Below, piece after piece: positions 12,950-27,128 of a stretch of DNA of 64,000 bases (within the stretch, counting starts at the first letter, position 1; each line of letters opens with the position of its first letter). Where the stretch lies: positions 12,338,001-12,402,000 of the forward strand of contig OX597831.1 in the NCBI GenBank assembly GCA_951406725.2, read 5' to 3'. Below the pieces are notes generated by a model that saw only the letters and a program-made list of their open reading frames with translations, did not search any database and was not told the origin of the DNA. The DNA comes from Octopus vulgaris (lineage: Eukaryota). The translations under genes and the position numbers were made by a program.

Positions 12950-13531
12950 TTTCATTATTATTGTTATTATCATTATTCAGGTCATTGCCTAGAATCGAAC
13001 TTGGAATCTTGGGGTTAGTAGCCCACACTCTTAACCACAATGCCATATGCCCATGGGCTTATGGCATAGTGGTGAAGGCCGAGGCTATAGTAGAAAAAAC
13101 TGGCACAAGTTGGCATGCAGTAGGACTGAACCCAGAAACATGTGATTGGGAAGCAAGCTTCTAACCACAGAGCTACTCCTGCACCTGGTTTTTATGGTTG
13201 TATTGCGGTCAATGATATCTAATAACCCCTCATCCCTTGAAACTGTGTGCCTTATCCCCAAATTAGAAATCATTATTACTGAAACTGCAGAATTTCCCTT
13301 TTTAACTTCTCATTTTCTATTTTCACATTGTTTATCTGTGAATGTTCAATATTTGATCTCAGAAATTTCTTTGCTATACATTCACAATTACTTAAGCATA
13401 CAAATATAGGGACACACATATATTAACTAGTAGAAAAATGTGTGCATGTAGGTCTAGCTTAGCTCTGACCAAGCAGATCTGTGATCAAACACATTCCAGC
13501 CTTGGCCATCCTACCTTTTTGTATGTACTCT

Positions 13532-13913
13532 TTTAGTTGTTTCACTCACTCTACTGAAGGTATGCTGGAGAACTGCCTCAAAGAGTTAAGTCAAACAAAT
13601 TGATTCTAGTACTTAATTTTAAAGTCTGATATTTATTCTATCATACTTTTTTGTTGAACTGCTCAGTTACAAGGACATAAACAAACCAATACTGGTTGTC
13701 AAGAATTAGGGGAGTACAAGCACTTACATACACACACACACACATATACATACATACAAAGAGCTTCCACAGTTTCTGCTCACGAAATCCAATCACAAGG
13801 CTTTGGTTGAGCTGGAGATGTAGAAGAAGGCCTTTGCCCAAGTGCTGTGCGGTGGGACTGAACTCAATATGACATGGTTAAGAAGCAAACTTCTTAACCA
13901 CACAGCCACTCCT
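13532..13913 (-). mobile_element. SINE family A, diverged
   Basis: Collinear family motifs. Confidence 0.75.
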
Positions 13914-16734
13914 GTAACCTAACTACTTTGTCCAATGCATCCATTTGGGGGATGGTGGTGGTCTAAGGCTGATAATTATAACAGGTTGAGCTATGATGCA
14001 TAGAGGCTTCTTTCACTGCCTGAGAGAGGGAGAGAGAGAAAGTGAGAGAGAGGTGGGGAGTGGCAGGGTGAGATGTGAAGCAGAATTATTGAATATAGTT
14101 GTAAAAAAAAAGATATTTCAGTAAAGCAATGAAATCAATCAGTGGAGCAAACACCCCTTCCTGCCTCCAAAATCCATCAGCAATGAATCTAATCGATCAG
14201 TTACAAATGAAAAGAAAATGCAATGAGAAAAAAAAAGAACGAAAATTCTGTCTGACTTGTTATTTCACAGTTCTGAAACCAATGAAGGAAGTGAGCCAAA
14301 ATAAAAGAATATGTAAAACATCATTACCTAATATGTTAAAAATAAAAATAATGAACACACAATGAAAAAGAAACAAAACATAAGTATTCAAAGAACCAGG
14401 TTCACAGACATTCTAGAAGAAAGCAACATGGTTCAAAACATTTGATGACGTTTTTTCTTTTTATATTATAAAAAAAAAAAGATATATATTTTTTAGTTTT
14501 TTTGGATCTGTAAAATTTTCATTATTCACGCAATATGTAATAACTGAGAGATATATATATATGAGCTGACACAATTTATAAAAAAAAATATCATCATCAT
14601 CATGATATAATTATAATTATGTAGTGAAGAAGTTTCCTGTTTTGTTCCAATCCCATACTATCAGTTTCAATCCCACTAAATGGTACATTGGCTGTCTTCT
14701 GTCCTATCTTCTGGTTGCTTCTTGTCGGTTTTGACAAAGGAAGAGGTCATGGTACAGTATCACGGCCTTGTGAGTGAAATTTTGGTAGCAGGCATCAATA
14801 CAGAAATCCCTTCTCTCTCGCACACACACACACACACACACACATACACAGGTAAGTGGCCTAGTAGTTAGAGGGTCATACAGCCAGGTGTTCAATTCTG
14901 GGTTCAGAGTGTGTGTTGTGCCCTTGACTGAGATACTTCATTTCAAGTTGCTCCAGTTTACTAAACTCTATACATGAGTACCAGCCAAGAGTTTGCTGGT
15001 GCAACTCTATTTCATGCCAGCTGTCCCCTCCTGGATATACCACAGAGACAAAGAGTGGAAGAGTCAAGAGGCTGTCTATATCTGTTCATGTCTACAAAGG
15101 CACCGCAAACAATCAGCATGCACGGTACATGTTACCAAGCCATCATACTCTTTCACAAGTGAGGACTGGCTAAGATGTGTGTGTGTGTTTATCAGTGTAA
15201 ATCAAGTTGAGCTGCATCCCTTTATGTTTTAAGAAGCCAACTTAACTTTTCATGTCAGTAGAATAAGTACCAAAAAAAAAAAAAATTTAGTAAGGCCAAT
15301 ATGACTGGTTAACATATATGAAGGTGTTGCACCAGCATGGCCAAAGACTATAACCAATAAATGAATGCAGCTGCTGTTGTGTGTTGTTACTCTGCCTATT
15401 CTACTTTGAAGAACGTTTTTGTCTTTGGGCCCACAGGTTTTATAGGATAACCAAACAAATCCAGTCGATACACCAGCCTCCCTGTATTATCTCCATTACA
15501 GTATCTCATTACACTTGATCATATCAAAAACTCTGTAGAAACCACCTTTTGTGGAAGTGCATCGTATAGTAACTCCCTTTCAATCTATTCTCCTCTTCAA
15601 AGCATTAACCAGCAAGAATTAATGTACATTAATCTCCTGGTACTTCCTTTCTTATCTTTAATTCCATATGCCAATAATAACCACCAGCTTTTGAAGTTCT
15701 ATATTAAAATCACTGGACTTGATTTCCCCTTCTACACTTAATCCCATAAGCTTTAGACAAAATCTTTACATAGACAATAAAATATTTCCACATAAACTTG
15801 TGGCTTAGCCCAACGTCAATGCTGACTGAGTAGAGCTATGATCAGAGGCATTCTAGCTACGAAAATTCCATCTATTTTTAGAGTTATCTAGGTTTACATT
15901 AGCGAAAGTTTCCTCCTTTGCTAAAATGATAGAATTTAAGGGTTTTTGGCTGTTGCTTTTAGCTCATGCAACAACCATACAGAGGTTCTTTTGTTGGCTT
16001 GCTTTCACATTAAATTGACGTATACAGATGTCTACAAATTTCCACTTTAGTTTTAGCAACTCAATAAATTTAGTTGAATAAATCTAGTTCATCTATGTTT
16101 AAACCACTTCTAGTAAATTGCTTTTACTCAGTTCTGTAAAGATTGCCAAATTACGTGAGAATAAAGAGGTCAGAGTAAAGACCTTAATCTGAACTTGTGA
16201 TTCCCCATACAACATTATATTTATATAATTTGTATTTCCTTCTTCAGAAATCTTACACAACACTTATCATCCTTAACTCTATTACACGAAGAGCTACGTC
16301 AAAATTTCTCTTTTAATATGCATTACCTATGACAGCTTTGGATATTTTCAAGCTGAAATACACTGTGGCAGAGTAATATGGTCTTATATTGATGGATATA
16401 TTACACTCAAGACAAAAAAAAAATAAACAAAAATAAAAATAATAACCAAATACTAAAAGCATCTGGAAGAAAGAAAGATGAAGCCAATGTTGTATGTGAT
16501 ATTTGAGTCAATTGTCTATTGATGATTGTCTATTGATACACCTTTTTTATTGAAATTGTGTGAATGATGGAAACAAAAATAATGTACTTAAGAGAGAAAA
16601 GGCAAAAAGTCAATAAACGAAGAAGTGAATATTTGAGTGTTTATCTGATTGATTGCATAACTTTAAAAATTTTCAGTTATTGCCAAGATGTTGACAAACC
16701 AGTAAAATATAGAAAATTAATATTAAATTTTCAA

Positions 16735-16955
16735 GTGAGGTGGTAAGCTGGCAGCATCATTAGCATGCCAAGCAAAATGCTTAGAATCGTCTCAACCATT
16801 TTTACATTCTGAGTTCAAATTCTACCAAGGTCAACTTTACTTTTTTATCCTTTCAGGGTCAATAATATAAGCACCAGTTGAGCACTGGGATCAATGTAAC
16901 CAGATTATCCCTGTCATAAAATTGCAGGCCTTGTGCTAAAATTTGAAACCAATAT
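16735..16955 (+). mobile_element. SINE family B
   Basis: Same head and central domain as 30280-30510. Confidence 0.75.
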
Positions 16956-17039
16956 TAAATTTTCAACTTTATTTTAATAACATTTCTTTATGGTTCTACT
17001 CATTAATCAAGCTTCCTTAAAAATACAACTATATTAATA

Positions 17040-17437
17040 CTCTTTTAGTCTTACTTGTTTCAGTCATTTGACTGCGGCCATGCTGGAGCACCGCCTTTAG
17101 TTGAGCAACTCGACCCCGGGACATATTCTTTGTAAGCCCAGTACTTATTCTATCGGGCTCTTTTGCTGAACCGCTAAGTAATGGGGACATAAACACACCC
17201 GCATCGGTTGTCAAGCAATGCTAGGGGGACAAACACAGACACACAAACACACATGCACACACATATATATATACATATATACTATGGGCTTCTTTCAGTT
17301 TCTGTCTACCAAATCCACTCACAAGGCTTTGGCCGGCCCGAGGCTATAGTAGAAGACACTTGCCCAAGGTGCCATACAGTGGGACTGAACCCGGAACCAT
17401 GTGGTTAGTAAGCAAGCTACTTACCACACAGACACTC
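17040..17437 (-). mobile_element. SINE family A, near full length
   Basis: Collinear with 24760-25175. Confidence 0.9.
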
Positions 17438-17498
17438 AATTTTCTGTTTAACATTTATTTATGTCTCATTTTTATTCATTGTCATCACCATCATTTAA

Positions 17499-18044
17499 CC
17501 CCAGGACAATGGTTTTTATCAGGCAACTAGGTTGCACTGATAGTAATCATCTCGGCTGAGATCAGCAATTAGTGCACAACAAGGTTCCAGCATATATTTA
17601 CGTCAACCACTTTAAAGCAAGCACTGCTTATTTATGTAAACAGTTATTGCAAGGACCATAAATTCAACGAAACTGGCATGGCTGGATGTGACTGTAAATT
17701 CCGTGAAGGACCAGAAGAATTTGCTGAACATGTAGGAATTTGATAGGAACTCATAGTGGAAATGATGGTGTAACAGCCAAAATGGCAGCTTTTATACTAT
17801 TATGGTGATGAAGTCTTGAACTGAGTTGGAAATATTTATATGAACAGTTTCACAAACCTATCAGATTCCTTATAATTTGCACAGTGGCCTCTATTATCGA
17901 TTCTGTGAGTGATAGCAGATATTTACATCAACCGAGTCACAAACAGGTACAAAACCTCAGCAGGTAGGGCTGCGTATATTTTCATGATCTGATTCAAAGC
18001 AAGTACACAACGCATGTGAATATATGTCAACCAATGTTACAGGG
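17499..18044. mobile_element. Old piggyBac-derived element
   Basis: TTAA|CCCCAGGACAATGGTT ... AACCAATGTTACAGGG|TTAA, i.e. imperfect TIRs with TTAA at both ends. Confidence 0.45.
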
Positions 18045-19011
18045 TTAATGTTGACTTTTGTATACTTGAAAGGGGCATAAGGAATTTGTTGAAGTATATT
18101 TTCTATGGTTGGATGCCCTTCTTGTTGCTAAGCCTCACCTATTTCCAAGCAAGGTGACATCTCCTCATGGTCTGACATGTTTTTCATGGAAGACTAGAAA
18201 CAAACGACCTCACGTGTATGACAGTGATGCTCATTTACAATCATCACAGGATGTCAAGACAGGAGTACACATTAACATACACATGCCACATGTACATTCA
18301 TGCACACACATAAACACTAACATACATTCATGCATGCACACACACACACACAAGCATGATGGGCTTGTTTCACTTTCTGTCTTCCAAATCCATTCACAAG
18401 GCTTTGGTTGGCATGAGGCTATAGTAAAATATACTTGCCCAAGGTGCTGCAAAATGAGACTACGCCCATGACCACAGGACTGAGAAGCAAGCTTCCCAGC
18501 CACATAGCAACCCCTAAGCCTATTTCTAAATTTAAACCCTTGTCTTCTTTAGTTTAAGCCCCAACAAATATCTTACACAGTAATAATACTGTACCAGTTA
18601 TCCTCTATACACATATCAGTCCTATTAGTACAAGTGCCTCTCCTACACACATTTGTGACTACTTTTAATGTCCAGCTCTCTTTAAATTTCACTAGTGATT
18701 CCAGTTAAAGTATCATTGAATACCTAATGAAGAGATCACCTTTAATTCAATCCCTTTCTAACCTCTCTATTCTGCATTTAAAGCTGCTAAGCAGAATAAT
18801 TTCTCTAATATATTATTCATAACCAGCTCTTTGTAAAGTAGGTAAACCCCGCCCCCCATCACTTCCCTGTGCATCTCTTTTTCTTCCAAAATATTTATAT
18901 GCAACACTAATTGTTCCACTAATTTCCAATTCATAACAAGCTGTACGAACAATCAGAGATATAAATTCAAGGACAAGGATAATTATTTCTCAATCTTAGA
19001 TACATTCAAAG

Positions 19012-19151
19012 CAGTCATGGGCAACTTACATAGAACTTCCTGAATGGTATGCCTAATGAAAAATTACATTGCAATTTTTAGTAATGCAGCCCACCAGATA
19101 ATGAGCTATGGTTCATGTGACCTGCTTCTCAAAAAAGGTTGGCCATGCCTG
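19012..19151. mobile_element. hAT/Charlie-like MITE
   Basis: CAGTCATGGGCAACTT ... AGGTTGGCCATGCCTG TIRs with decayed 8-bp flanks attcaaag/acgtaaag. Confidence 0.55.
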
Positions 19152-19678
19152 ACGTAAAGTTCTACTTCTCTATAATATCTCTTGGCTGCATTCAAGGGAT
19201 CCCACTGCACTTATTTATTATGATTATTTCTTTTTTTTTTTTGGAGCAGGCATTGCTTACACTCAGTACATGATAGCAAATTTTGAACCCCATTTCTATA
19301 TATTATAGAATGACCACTTGTCAGATTGCACAAGAACTGTATACACACTCTCTCTCTCTCTAACTAAATAGTGATATAAAACTCAAAATCACATGGCAAC
19401 AAAGTGAAATCCAAACCCAAATGGCCGTGACTACTTCATTATTCTTGCAGCAGCAGTTATCAAATGGTATATAGATTCTCCATTAACTAAACTGAACATA
19501 TTTCATCATAAGCAAATAAATAAAATATAATTCAATATTTCAATACATCCAACACTACACTTACTAGACTTTCTGCAATTTCGGTGAGGACAGTTACACC
19601 TAATATGCTTTCACAGGTTCACTGAACTCCACAGTTATCCTTGTGTCTTGTTTCTTTAGTTATATGTGTATATATATA

Positions 19679-19712
<34 letters not shown>

Positions 19713-19888
19713 ATAAAAGAAAGTCTTGTGAGGGAATGTTAACAGATTTTAAGTTACTGAGAAGAATTTTTTTTTTATATTCAGTCACTGATCTGAAGAT
19801 TCTAGAGAATATATTGTTAAAACAATTACAGTTGCCTCATTCTGTATAAAGACTAATCAACTGCTGATTTCATCTTAACATATATATA

Positions 19889-20100
19889 TTATTAAAAAGC
19901 AGCAGAAATATCACAAAAACTGTTACTCAGAGTTTCACATTCCTGTTTGTCATTTCCTATTCATTGGACAGAACAAAACTGTCCGACGAATGGGAATGTG
20001 AAACTCTGAGTAACAGTTTTTCTGATATTTCTGCTGCTTTTTAATAAAACATATTTTACTCAACCTCTGGTATTCGAGTACTATATTTTTTACACTTGTT
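19889..20100. mobile_element. Penelope-like foldback remnant with a variant hammerhead (19975-20020, +)
   Basis: 55 bp inverted arms at 19889-19943 and 19993-20047 (1 mismatch). AAAACTGT-CCGACGA-ATGGGAATGT-GAAAC-TCTGA-GTA-ACAGTTTT gives an 8-bp stem I and a GUA triplet. Lies between (TA)n tracts. Confidence 0.6.
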
Positions 20101-20121
20101 TTGCATTTATGTGCTTACTCT

Positions 20122-20249
20122 GGTATATATATATATACACGTACATACACATTCATGTATATACACATATATATACATATGTATATATATATATATATAT
20201 ATATACACATACATATACATTCATGTATATACACATATATATACATATG

Positions 20250-20287
<38 letters not shown>

Positions 20288-20413
20288 CACACACACATAT
20301 ACATATGTATATATATTTATACATATATATGTTTGTATATATATATATATATGTTTGTATATATATATATATGTTTGCATACATACATGTATGTGTATAC
20401 ACTCACACACACA
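20122..20413. repeat. Compound (TA)/(CA) microsatellite with higher-order units; representative of many microsatellites, e.g. (GA)n 8349-8383, (TA)n 41407-41450 and 44503-44556, (TG)n 54657-54711
   Basis: Directly visible; ACATTCATGTATATACACATATATATACATATGTAT x2 and TATATATGTTTG x3. Confidence 0.95.
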
Positions 20414-21709
20414 TGATCTTTAGCAAGCAGTAACTCACAAAATCCTTTAAAGCAATATACAAAATTCATTCTAGCCTTATCTACCATACTCTTTGACTTA
20501 TTTGTTGAGCGCATCCTATCACACGACCATCCTGAGTTGCCTTAAAGAAATATTTGCAGTATTAATGAAAGCCAGTGCATTTAGCCAATGAGATTATGAT
20601 CCTATTTGTCTATCGTCCAACTCCTATGAAAGCCAGAGAAATATAATCAATCACTGATTTCAAGCTAACATGTCATTATTTATTCAGTTACTGTTAAAAT
20701 GTTTTCTAGTGGCCCAGATCTAATCATGATTGGTTCCTACAACGTTCATTCATCCAATAATTTTTTGTATTATTTTACTCTTAAAACAAACACCAAGTAA
20801 TTTTTTCCGAGATATTGAAACTTAGAATTTATAGGAAGAAATGGATAAGTATTTTTTCATTACTGAAGGGATTATCAATATGAATAAAGCAGTTCTATCT
20901 GGCAAGTGAAACAAGATTATAGATTAATTTTAATAAACACCGGCTGATATTTTCATTCAAACCATACAATCAAATTCATATCGCTAAAAATATCAACCCG
21001 AAACTCAATATAGTGTCGATTTGTTACATTATTTTATATTTTGTTACAAACAATATTCTTCATATTCCATAATTAGCTGACATAGCAAAAATTGATTTTT
21101 GTAAAAAAAGACAAAAAGTTTGCTTTTTGAACTCTTTTGAAGAGACTATACTCACTGATCTCACTAACAAATAACTCTTGTATGTCAGTACATGCTACGT
21201 ATTTTTTTTGTAAATAAAGGGAATCAGGGGAAACTGACAATAGCCCACATCAGCAAGTACTACGTGTGTAAAGTTTAAATAGTGGGATAAAGTAAATATT
21301 TTATTCCGTGATAATGGTTTCAAATTTGGGCACAAAGCCAATAATTTCAGGTTTGGGGGTGGGGACTAGTCGATTACATCTACTTCAGTATTCAACTGGT
21401 ATTTTATCAACCCTGAAAATGCGAAAAGTAAAGTCTACCCCAGTAGTATTTGAACTATGGAACTTAAAGTCAGAGCAAGTGTTGCCAAGAGTTTTGTTTG
21501 GTAATGATTCTGCCAGTTTACAGCTTCATTTATTCTGCAATAAAAAAAAAAAAAAGAAGTCTGACTGAATGGGAAGCAGAACCTTTCAAAAGTAAGACAG
21601 ATGAAAAGCTTATCAGAAAATATTCTGTCTCACTTTGAGCCTTTTGCCTCATATGTTAAACTTTTCCTCTTCCTTACATCAAAATAATTTATACAATCAT
21701 TTGTCCCAG

Positions 21710-21960
21710 ACCTTTGTGTTCTGAGTTCAAATCTTGCCATAGCCTACTTGGGTAGCAGACTCAGCTTGTTGCTTGACTAAGCACCACCACCAGGCACTTT
21801 GAATGTTTTTTGTGAAGCCCACCCTGTTGCAGACATTTAGGCAAAGGTTTTCAGTTTGGGAACACCCACCTCCCTCCTAGCTACTAGTCTTGGAGACCTT
21901 GTAAAGGGTCATGAACACTGCTTTTCCTCATAGCTAAAATAAAAACAGAATAAAAAGCTT
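21710..21960 (+). mobile_element. Low-copy SINE-like family E; second copy at 25340-25550
   Basis: Both share TTTGTGTTCTGAGTTCAAATC.TGCCATAGCCTACTTGGGT.GCA.ACTCA.CTTGTTGCTTGACT.AGCACCACCA...TGTAAAGGGTCA. Confidence 0.65.
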
Positions 21961-22139
21961 TTCCTCAAAAACAATTTTATGCTACATTTGTATTGCTATA
22001 TTTGTGTTTGTCTTTTGTCCTAAGACAGCCTCGACAAAGCCTCTCTTTGATCCAAAGTATTCCAACCACGAAAATTTACCCTTTTTTCCTCAGACAGTTA
22101 AGTGTCTACAATGACATTATCTAATCTTTTCTGCAATCT

Positions 22140-22516
22140 TTTACTTGTTTCAGTCATTAGACTGCGGCCATGCTGGAGCACCACATTGAAAAATGTTTTA
22201 GTTGAATGTATTACTGATCCTAGTACTTACAATTTTTCAAACCTGGAACTTATTCTATCAATCTATTTTGCTGAACCGCTAAAGTACAGGGACATAAACA
22301 CACCAAAACCGGTTGTCAAGCAGGGAAACAAACACAGACAAAAACAAACACACACGTGATGGGTTTCTTTCAGTTTCCATCTACCAAATTCACTCACAAG
22401 GCTTTAGTTGACCCAAGGCTACAGTAGAAGACACATGGCCAATGTGACAACACAGTGGGACTGAACCCAGAGCCATGTGGTTGAGAAGCAATCTTCTCAC
22501 CACACAACCATGCCCA
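22140..22516 (-). mobile_element. SINE family A
   Basis: Collinear family motifs. Confidence 0.8.
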
Positions 22517-22863
22517 CACCATCTAATATGTCCTTTAGGTAGAGTATGTGATTTGTAGCAGACTTTATTGCTACTCAAGTAAATAAAGCGATCACATAGA
22601 GATTCCCTTGTTAATAATTATTTCATTGTTTCAGTGTTGTCAAGTAGAATGAAGCCAAGGATGTGATGCTAGTTGTGTGATCAATGCTTAATTTAGTGAT
22701 AACACGTTTAATATCTAATCAACAAATTAGACTAGGATAGTTTCCTCCAGACACACTAATTCCTGATTGATTGTAAGATGACAAAACCATCATTAAGGTT
22801 TATGGGATATTTTCATTGTCTAACACAAAAGTATTCACTTTGAATCATCAAATGAGCTAACTA

Positions 22864-23140
22864 TGTGGAGCCACATGGTCTAGTATTTAGGGCAGCGGAG
22901 TTGTGGTCGAGGGATCATGGGTTCGAATCTCAGACTGGGTGATGTGTGTGTTTATGAGCGAAACACCAAAGCTCCATGCAGCTCTGGCAGAAGGTAATGG
23001 CGAACTTCTGCTGACTCTTTCGCCACAACTTTCTCTCTCTCTCTATCCTCCTGCATCTTGCAGCTCACCTGCGATGGACCGGCATCCCGTCTAGGTGGGG
23101 AACCTTATGAGCCAGGCGTGGCTTGAGAAGGAACAAACTA
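22864..23140 (+). mobile_element. SINE family D-related subfamily; inverted copy at 44575-44775
   Basis: Same tRNA head with a different 3' part (CCTCCTGCATCTTGCAGCTCACCTGCGATGGACCGGCATCCC). Confidence 0.75.
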
Positions 23141-24759
23141 TGTGTTTGTCTGACTTGCTAGAAAAAAGTAACCAAATGTCTTTCAATTCAAAGCCTACCA
23201 TCTTAGAAAAGTAAGGACATATTGAGTAATATAGTACTTTAGACACTATGTTTAATGAAAAGATTGGATGGTTGTGGCAGGAAAATATTTGCATATTGGT
23301 CAGTTAACTAAAAGATGACCTAGGGCTAAACAGCAACAAAGGATTTCAAAGTTTTTATCCAACTAAACACAACTCAGTCAGGTTTTATAATCTTGTAAGT
23401 TGCATGGCGACCATACTAGTACTGGTATCATAAAACAGTACCCAGAAAAGGAAGGTCTAGAGAGGGCATGGGGCAAAACTATGCGACCTTCCCCTCCATC
23501 GGTCAGCTAAAGCTTAGATTGTGTCATGTGATAATTAGCTGGAACTGGCTGCTGGAGCCTACTGGTGAGTATTTAATGGGAAAATTGACAGGATAGTCAT
23601 TTGCCATCTGATATTTGTCGATGCTGCATTGAAGAAACTAAAGAACAAAAGGCCCCCCAAAATGGTAAAAAACAGACCCAACACCAGAGCTGAAGATGCC
23701 TCCAAAAGTGGGGGCCCAGCCATGTTGAAAATGGTAGATGAGTAGGGGCTGAAAACGAACATGATTCCTCCTGATGATGTCCTTAGCCACTGGATCCTAT
23801 AAAGGAGCTGTTGAGGCAACAAACCACAAAAAAACATAGTTGGAATTCCTCTGTAGAGTGGTTGACAGTAGGAAGAGCCCCTAACCATTAAAACTATGCT
23901 AAGGCAGACACAGTGGAGCTTGGCAGTGCAGTCTTCTGGCTTGCTGGACACTGCCAAAGAGTCCAGCAGGAGAGGTGTACATTGAGGATGATGATGTTAT
24001 GATCAGCCATTGAGGGTGGTGAGTCAGCAATGACAAAGTATGAGATCAGGAAAGGAAAAAGAAAAAAAAAAAAGGATGAAGGCAAATCACTAGACAGACC
24101 ACATTTGATTTCAAGTAATGTGTATGTGAATACCAAATCTGTCAGGGTTCAGTAGTATTTTAACACTAAATAGTTTTAGCATGCCTCATGCAATGTAATA
24201 TACAACCCTTCTGGAACAATAAGGTAAACATCCATATTTTTAATGTACTGTCATTGAAAACAGATGAAGCCAAACTATTATTGATAAACAAATATTAATC
24301 ACTTGTCTGTATATCTTTAGCATAAGCAATGAAGGACTCTGAGAGTAGTGATGTTAATCTGTTTGTTTTTTCTTTTATCTTAATAAATACAAATGTAATC
24401 TATTAAATTAACTTCAATTCATAAAGTTCTCCTTTATCTTTGCCATTGTTCATTAACTATTTGCATTATTTCAAAGCGTATTCATACATAGAGTGAAAAT
24501 ATTATTGGTTATTTATAAATCCTTAATGAGAGAAATGTCTCTAAATATTGAATAAAAAGGTGAATGTCCCTAAATAGAAAAGCTTGATATGCTGAAGATA
24601 ACATTTAATAAAATATAAATTGCTATTTTTATTTCATAAAAAAAAAATAACCTTTGCCCTTTAAAGATGACATTTTTTCCAAAAACATATCTAGAGAAAA
24701 TTTTTAAATATATCTTTGAAGTGGGTTATCCAAACAGAGAAAAAACACAAAATAACTGA

Positions 24760-25175
24760 TTTACTCTTTACTCTTTTTACTGGTTTCAGTCATTTGACTG
24801 CGGCCATGCTGGAGCACTGCCTTTAATCGAGCAACTTGACCCTGGGACTTATTCTTTGTAAGCCCAGTACTTATTCTATCGGTTTCTTTGCCGAACCGCT
24901 AAGTGACGGGGACGTAAACACACCAGCATCGGTTGTCAAGCAATGCTAGGGGGACAAACACAGACACACAAACATACACACACATACATATATATATATA
25001 CATATATATATACGACAGGCTTTTTTCAGTTTCCGTCTACCAAATCCACTCACAAGGCATTGGTCGGCCCGAGGCTATAGCAGAAGACACTTGCCCAAGA
25101 TGCCACGCAGTGGGACTGAATCCGGAACCATGTGGTTGGTAAGCAAGCTACTTACCACACAGCCACTCCTGCGCC
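24760..25175 (-). mobile_element. SINE family A, near full length
   Basis: Reverse complement of 39811-40215 at high identity. Confidence 0.9.
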
Positions 25176-25549
25176 TATTTGTTTCTGATTTTTTTAAAAA
25201 AAGGTTTAATAAAAAATATACCAAGATATGTTTTGCACATAATGTTCCAAGGTCAACTTTGTTATTCATCGTTTTGTGGTTGATTAAAAAAAAAGTACCA
25301 TTCTATGACAGTGGATTAACAGAATTGTAAGAATGTCTGAGTGGTTAGCTTGCAGTATTTGTCCTAGATGTTTGTGTTCTGAGTTCAAATCCTGCCATAG
25401 CCTACTTGGGTGGCATACTCAACTTGTTGCTTGACTTAGCACCACCAGGTGGCATTCTGAATGCCTTTTGTGAAGGTTTATCCAGTTTGGAAATACCCAC
25501 CTCCCTTCTACCCACTAATCTTGGAAACACTGTAAAGGGTCACAAGCAC

Positions 25550-25791
25550 TGTCAAATGATGATGATGATGTACCTATGTATATCTGATTGAGTCTCCTTG
25601 TCTTGACTTAATGTGATAATTGTTAACAAGTGTCACCGTCATACGAATGATGATGTACATTTTCAGTCGTCCTTAAAAACAGGTCTAGTCACAATGAATT
25701 ATTATTTTGCTTGGAAATAGATGAGATTTGGTGAGTGGAAGGGAAGGCATCCAGCTGTGAAAAGCCAGCTTCAACAAATTCTGTCTGACCC
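25550..25791 (+). repeat. Near-identical local duplication of 27639-27878
   Basis: ~240 bp with about ten differences, including shared idiosyncratic variants. Confidence 0.9.
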
Positions 25792-26904
25792 TTGGCTATA
25801 AGATAAAAAAAAACAAAAAAACTAAACTGGCTTTCCTTCTAAAAAAAATGTGATGCAATATTACCTGAAACTTCTCCCTTGTATTCGATAAAGGATTGAA
25901 CTCTTAATCACTGATTCACTGTAACTCTTCAAAGTGGTAGGAATTATTTTGTACATTATTTGAGAGATATGAGTCAATTTTATAGCATGTCATAGCATGG
26001 GAAATATAATGCAAAGTCTATAGGTGGGTGGAGTGTCATCGTGCATCTTGTGGAAGATGAACAAATGAATTTCACAAAAGAAGTTAGTGAAATGCATCAA
26101 TTTGTTTATTATTAATAATTGGTTTTATGAAAAGCTCAGCATTTGCAATATAATGTAGATGTGAACTACCTACTACGTAAAAGGTTCTTGACTATACAAA
26201 TACAGTTCTAAAGATGTTGTTATCTAAAACATTATATTAACAACAACAAAAATATAAATAAATAGCTTTCAGTTAATACTGCTAATCTGTCTAAAAATAG
26301 CTACTCTTCAAAATTAATTTCTTAATGGAATAAAAAGAAGCTTTCATAAAAATCTGGTTATAGTTAGGTAAATCATTTTCGAATACGTTATAAAAGCAGA
26401 AAAACCTGATGTGTAACATAACAATACAGACATTAAGAACATCTTCTACATAAACATATATCTGTGTAACTGATATTAATAAGTATCAAATACATATGTT
26501 TAAATCAATTTTCTATTTTTAGTTTCGTACCCAAGAGTAATTCCGTTTATGAAATAAAAAGATTTGTGATAAAATGATAAAAGCACTTTTTAAATGAAAT
26601 AAGACATTAAAAGAAAGACAAAAGAAAAGAAAAAAAAAAAGTAAATGTTTTTTGTCATTTTTGAAAATAAATGTAAATCAAGAGAAACTTATTATGTAAA
26701 GAAATTGAAAGATCTTTCATTTCAGTAGTTTTTCTTTCATGAATTGAGACAAACTACTGCTATTTATGGAATCCAGTTATTTTTAGTCTATATCACAGTA
26801 AATAGAGATATGTGTGATAACATATTCATTCATGTACTCAATCTTTACTGAATGAATATCTTCCTTTCTTTCAAACAAAAACAAAACAAAATGAGATTAG
26901 AATG

Positions 26905-27128
26905 ATGATGATTTCAAATTTTGGCACTAGGCCAGCAATTTTGGGGTGAGGAGGGGTTAAGTTGATTACATCGATCACAGTGTACAACTGGTAACTTATT
27001 TTATGGAACCTGAAAGGATAAAAGGCAAAGTCAACCTCAGTGGAACTTGAACTCAGAATGTAAAGGTGGGTGAAATGCAGTCAAGCATTTTGTCTGGCAT
27101 TCCAACAATTTTATCAGCTTGCCGCCTT
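26905..27128 (-). mobile_element. SINE family B
   Basis: Reverse complement of family B motifs. Confidence 0.75.

Noticed and set aside
20096-20514. Stack of 65-110 aa ORFs (also 11058-11525, 43191-43469, 53529-53864, 54494-54851)
   Set aside because: These are translations of (TA)/(CA)/(TG) microsatellites and SINE bodies ([12 protein letters not shown] runs).
24933-25142. Recurrent ORF MSSNARGTNTDTQT...YQIHSQG (also 17208, 32920, 39847) resembling a gene family
   Set aside because: Antisense reading of SINE family A, with non-ATG starts and variable frames.
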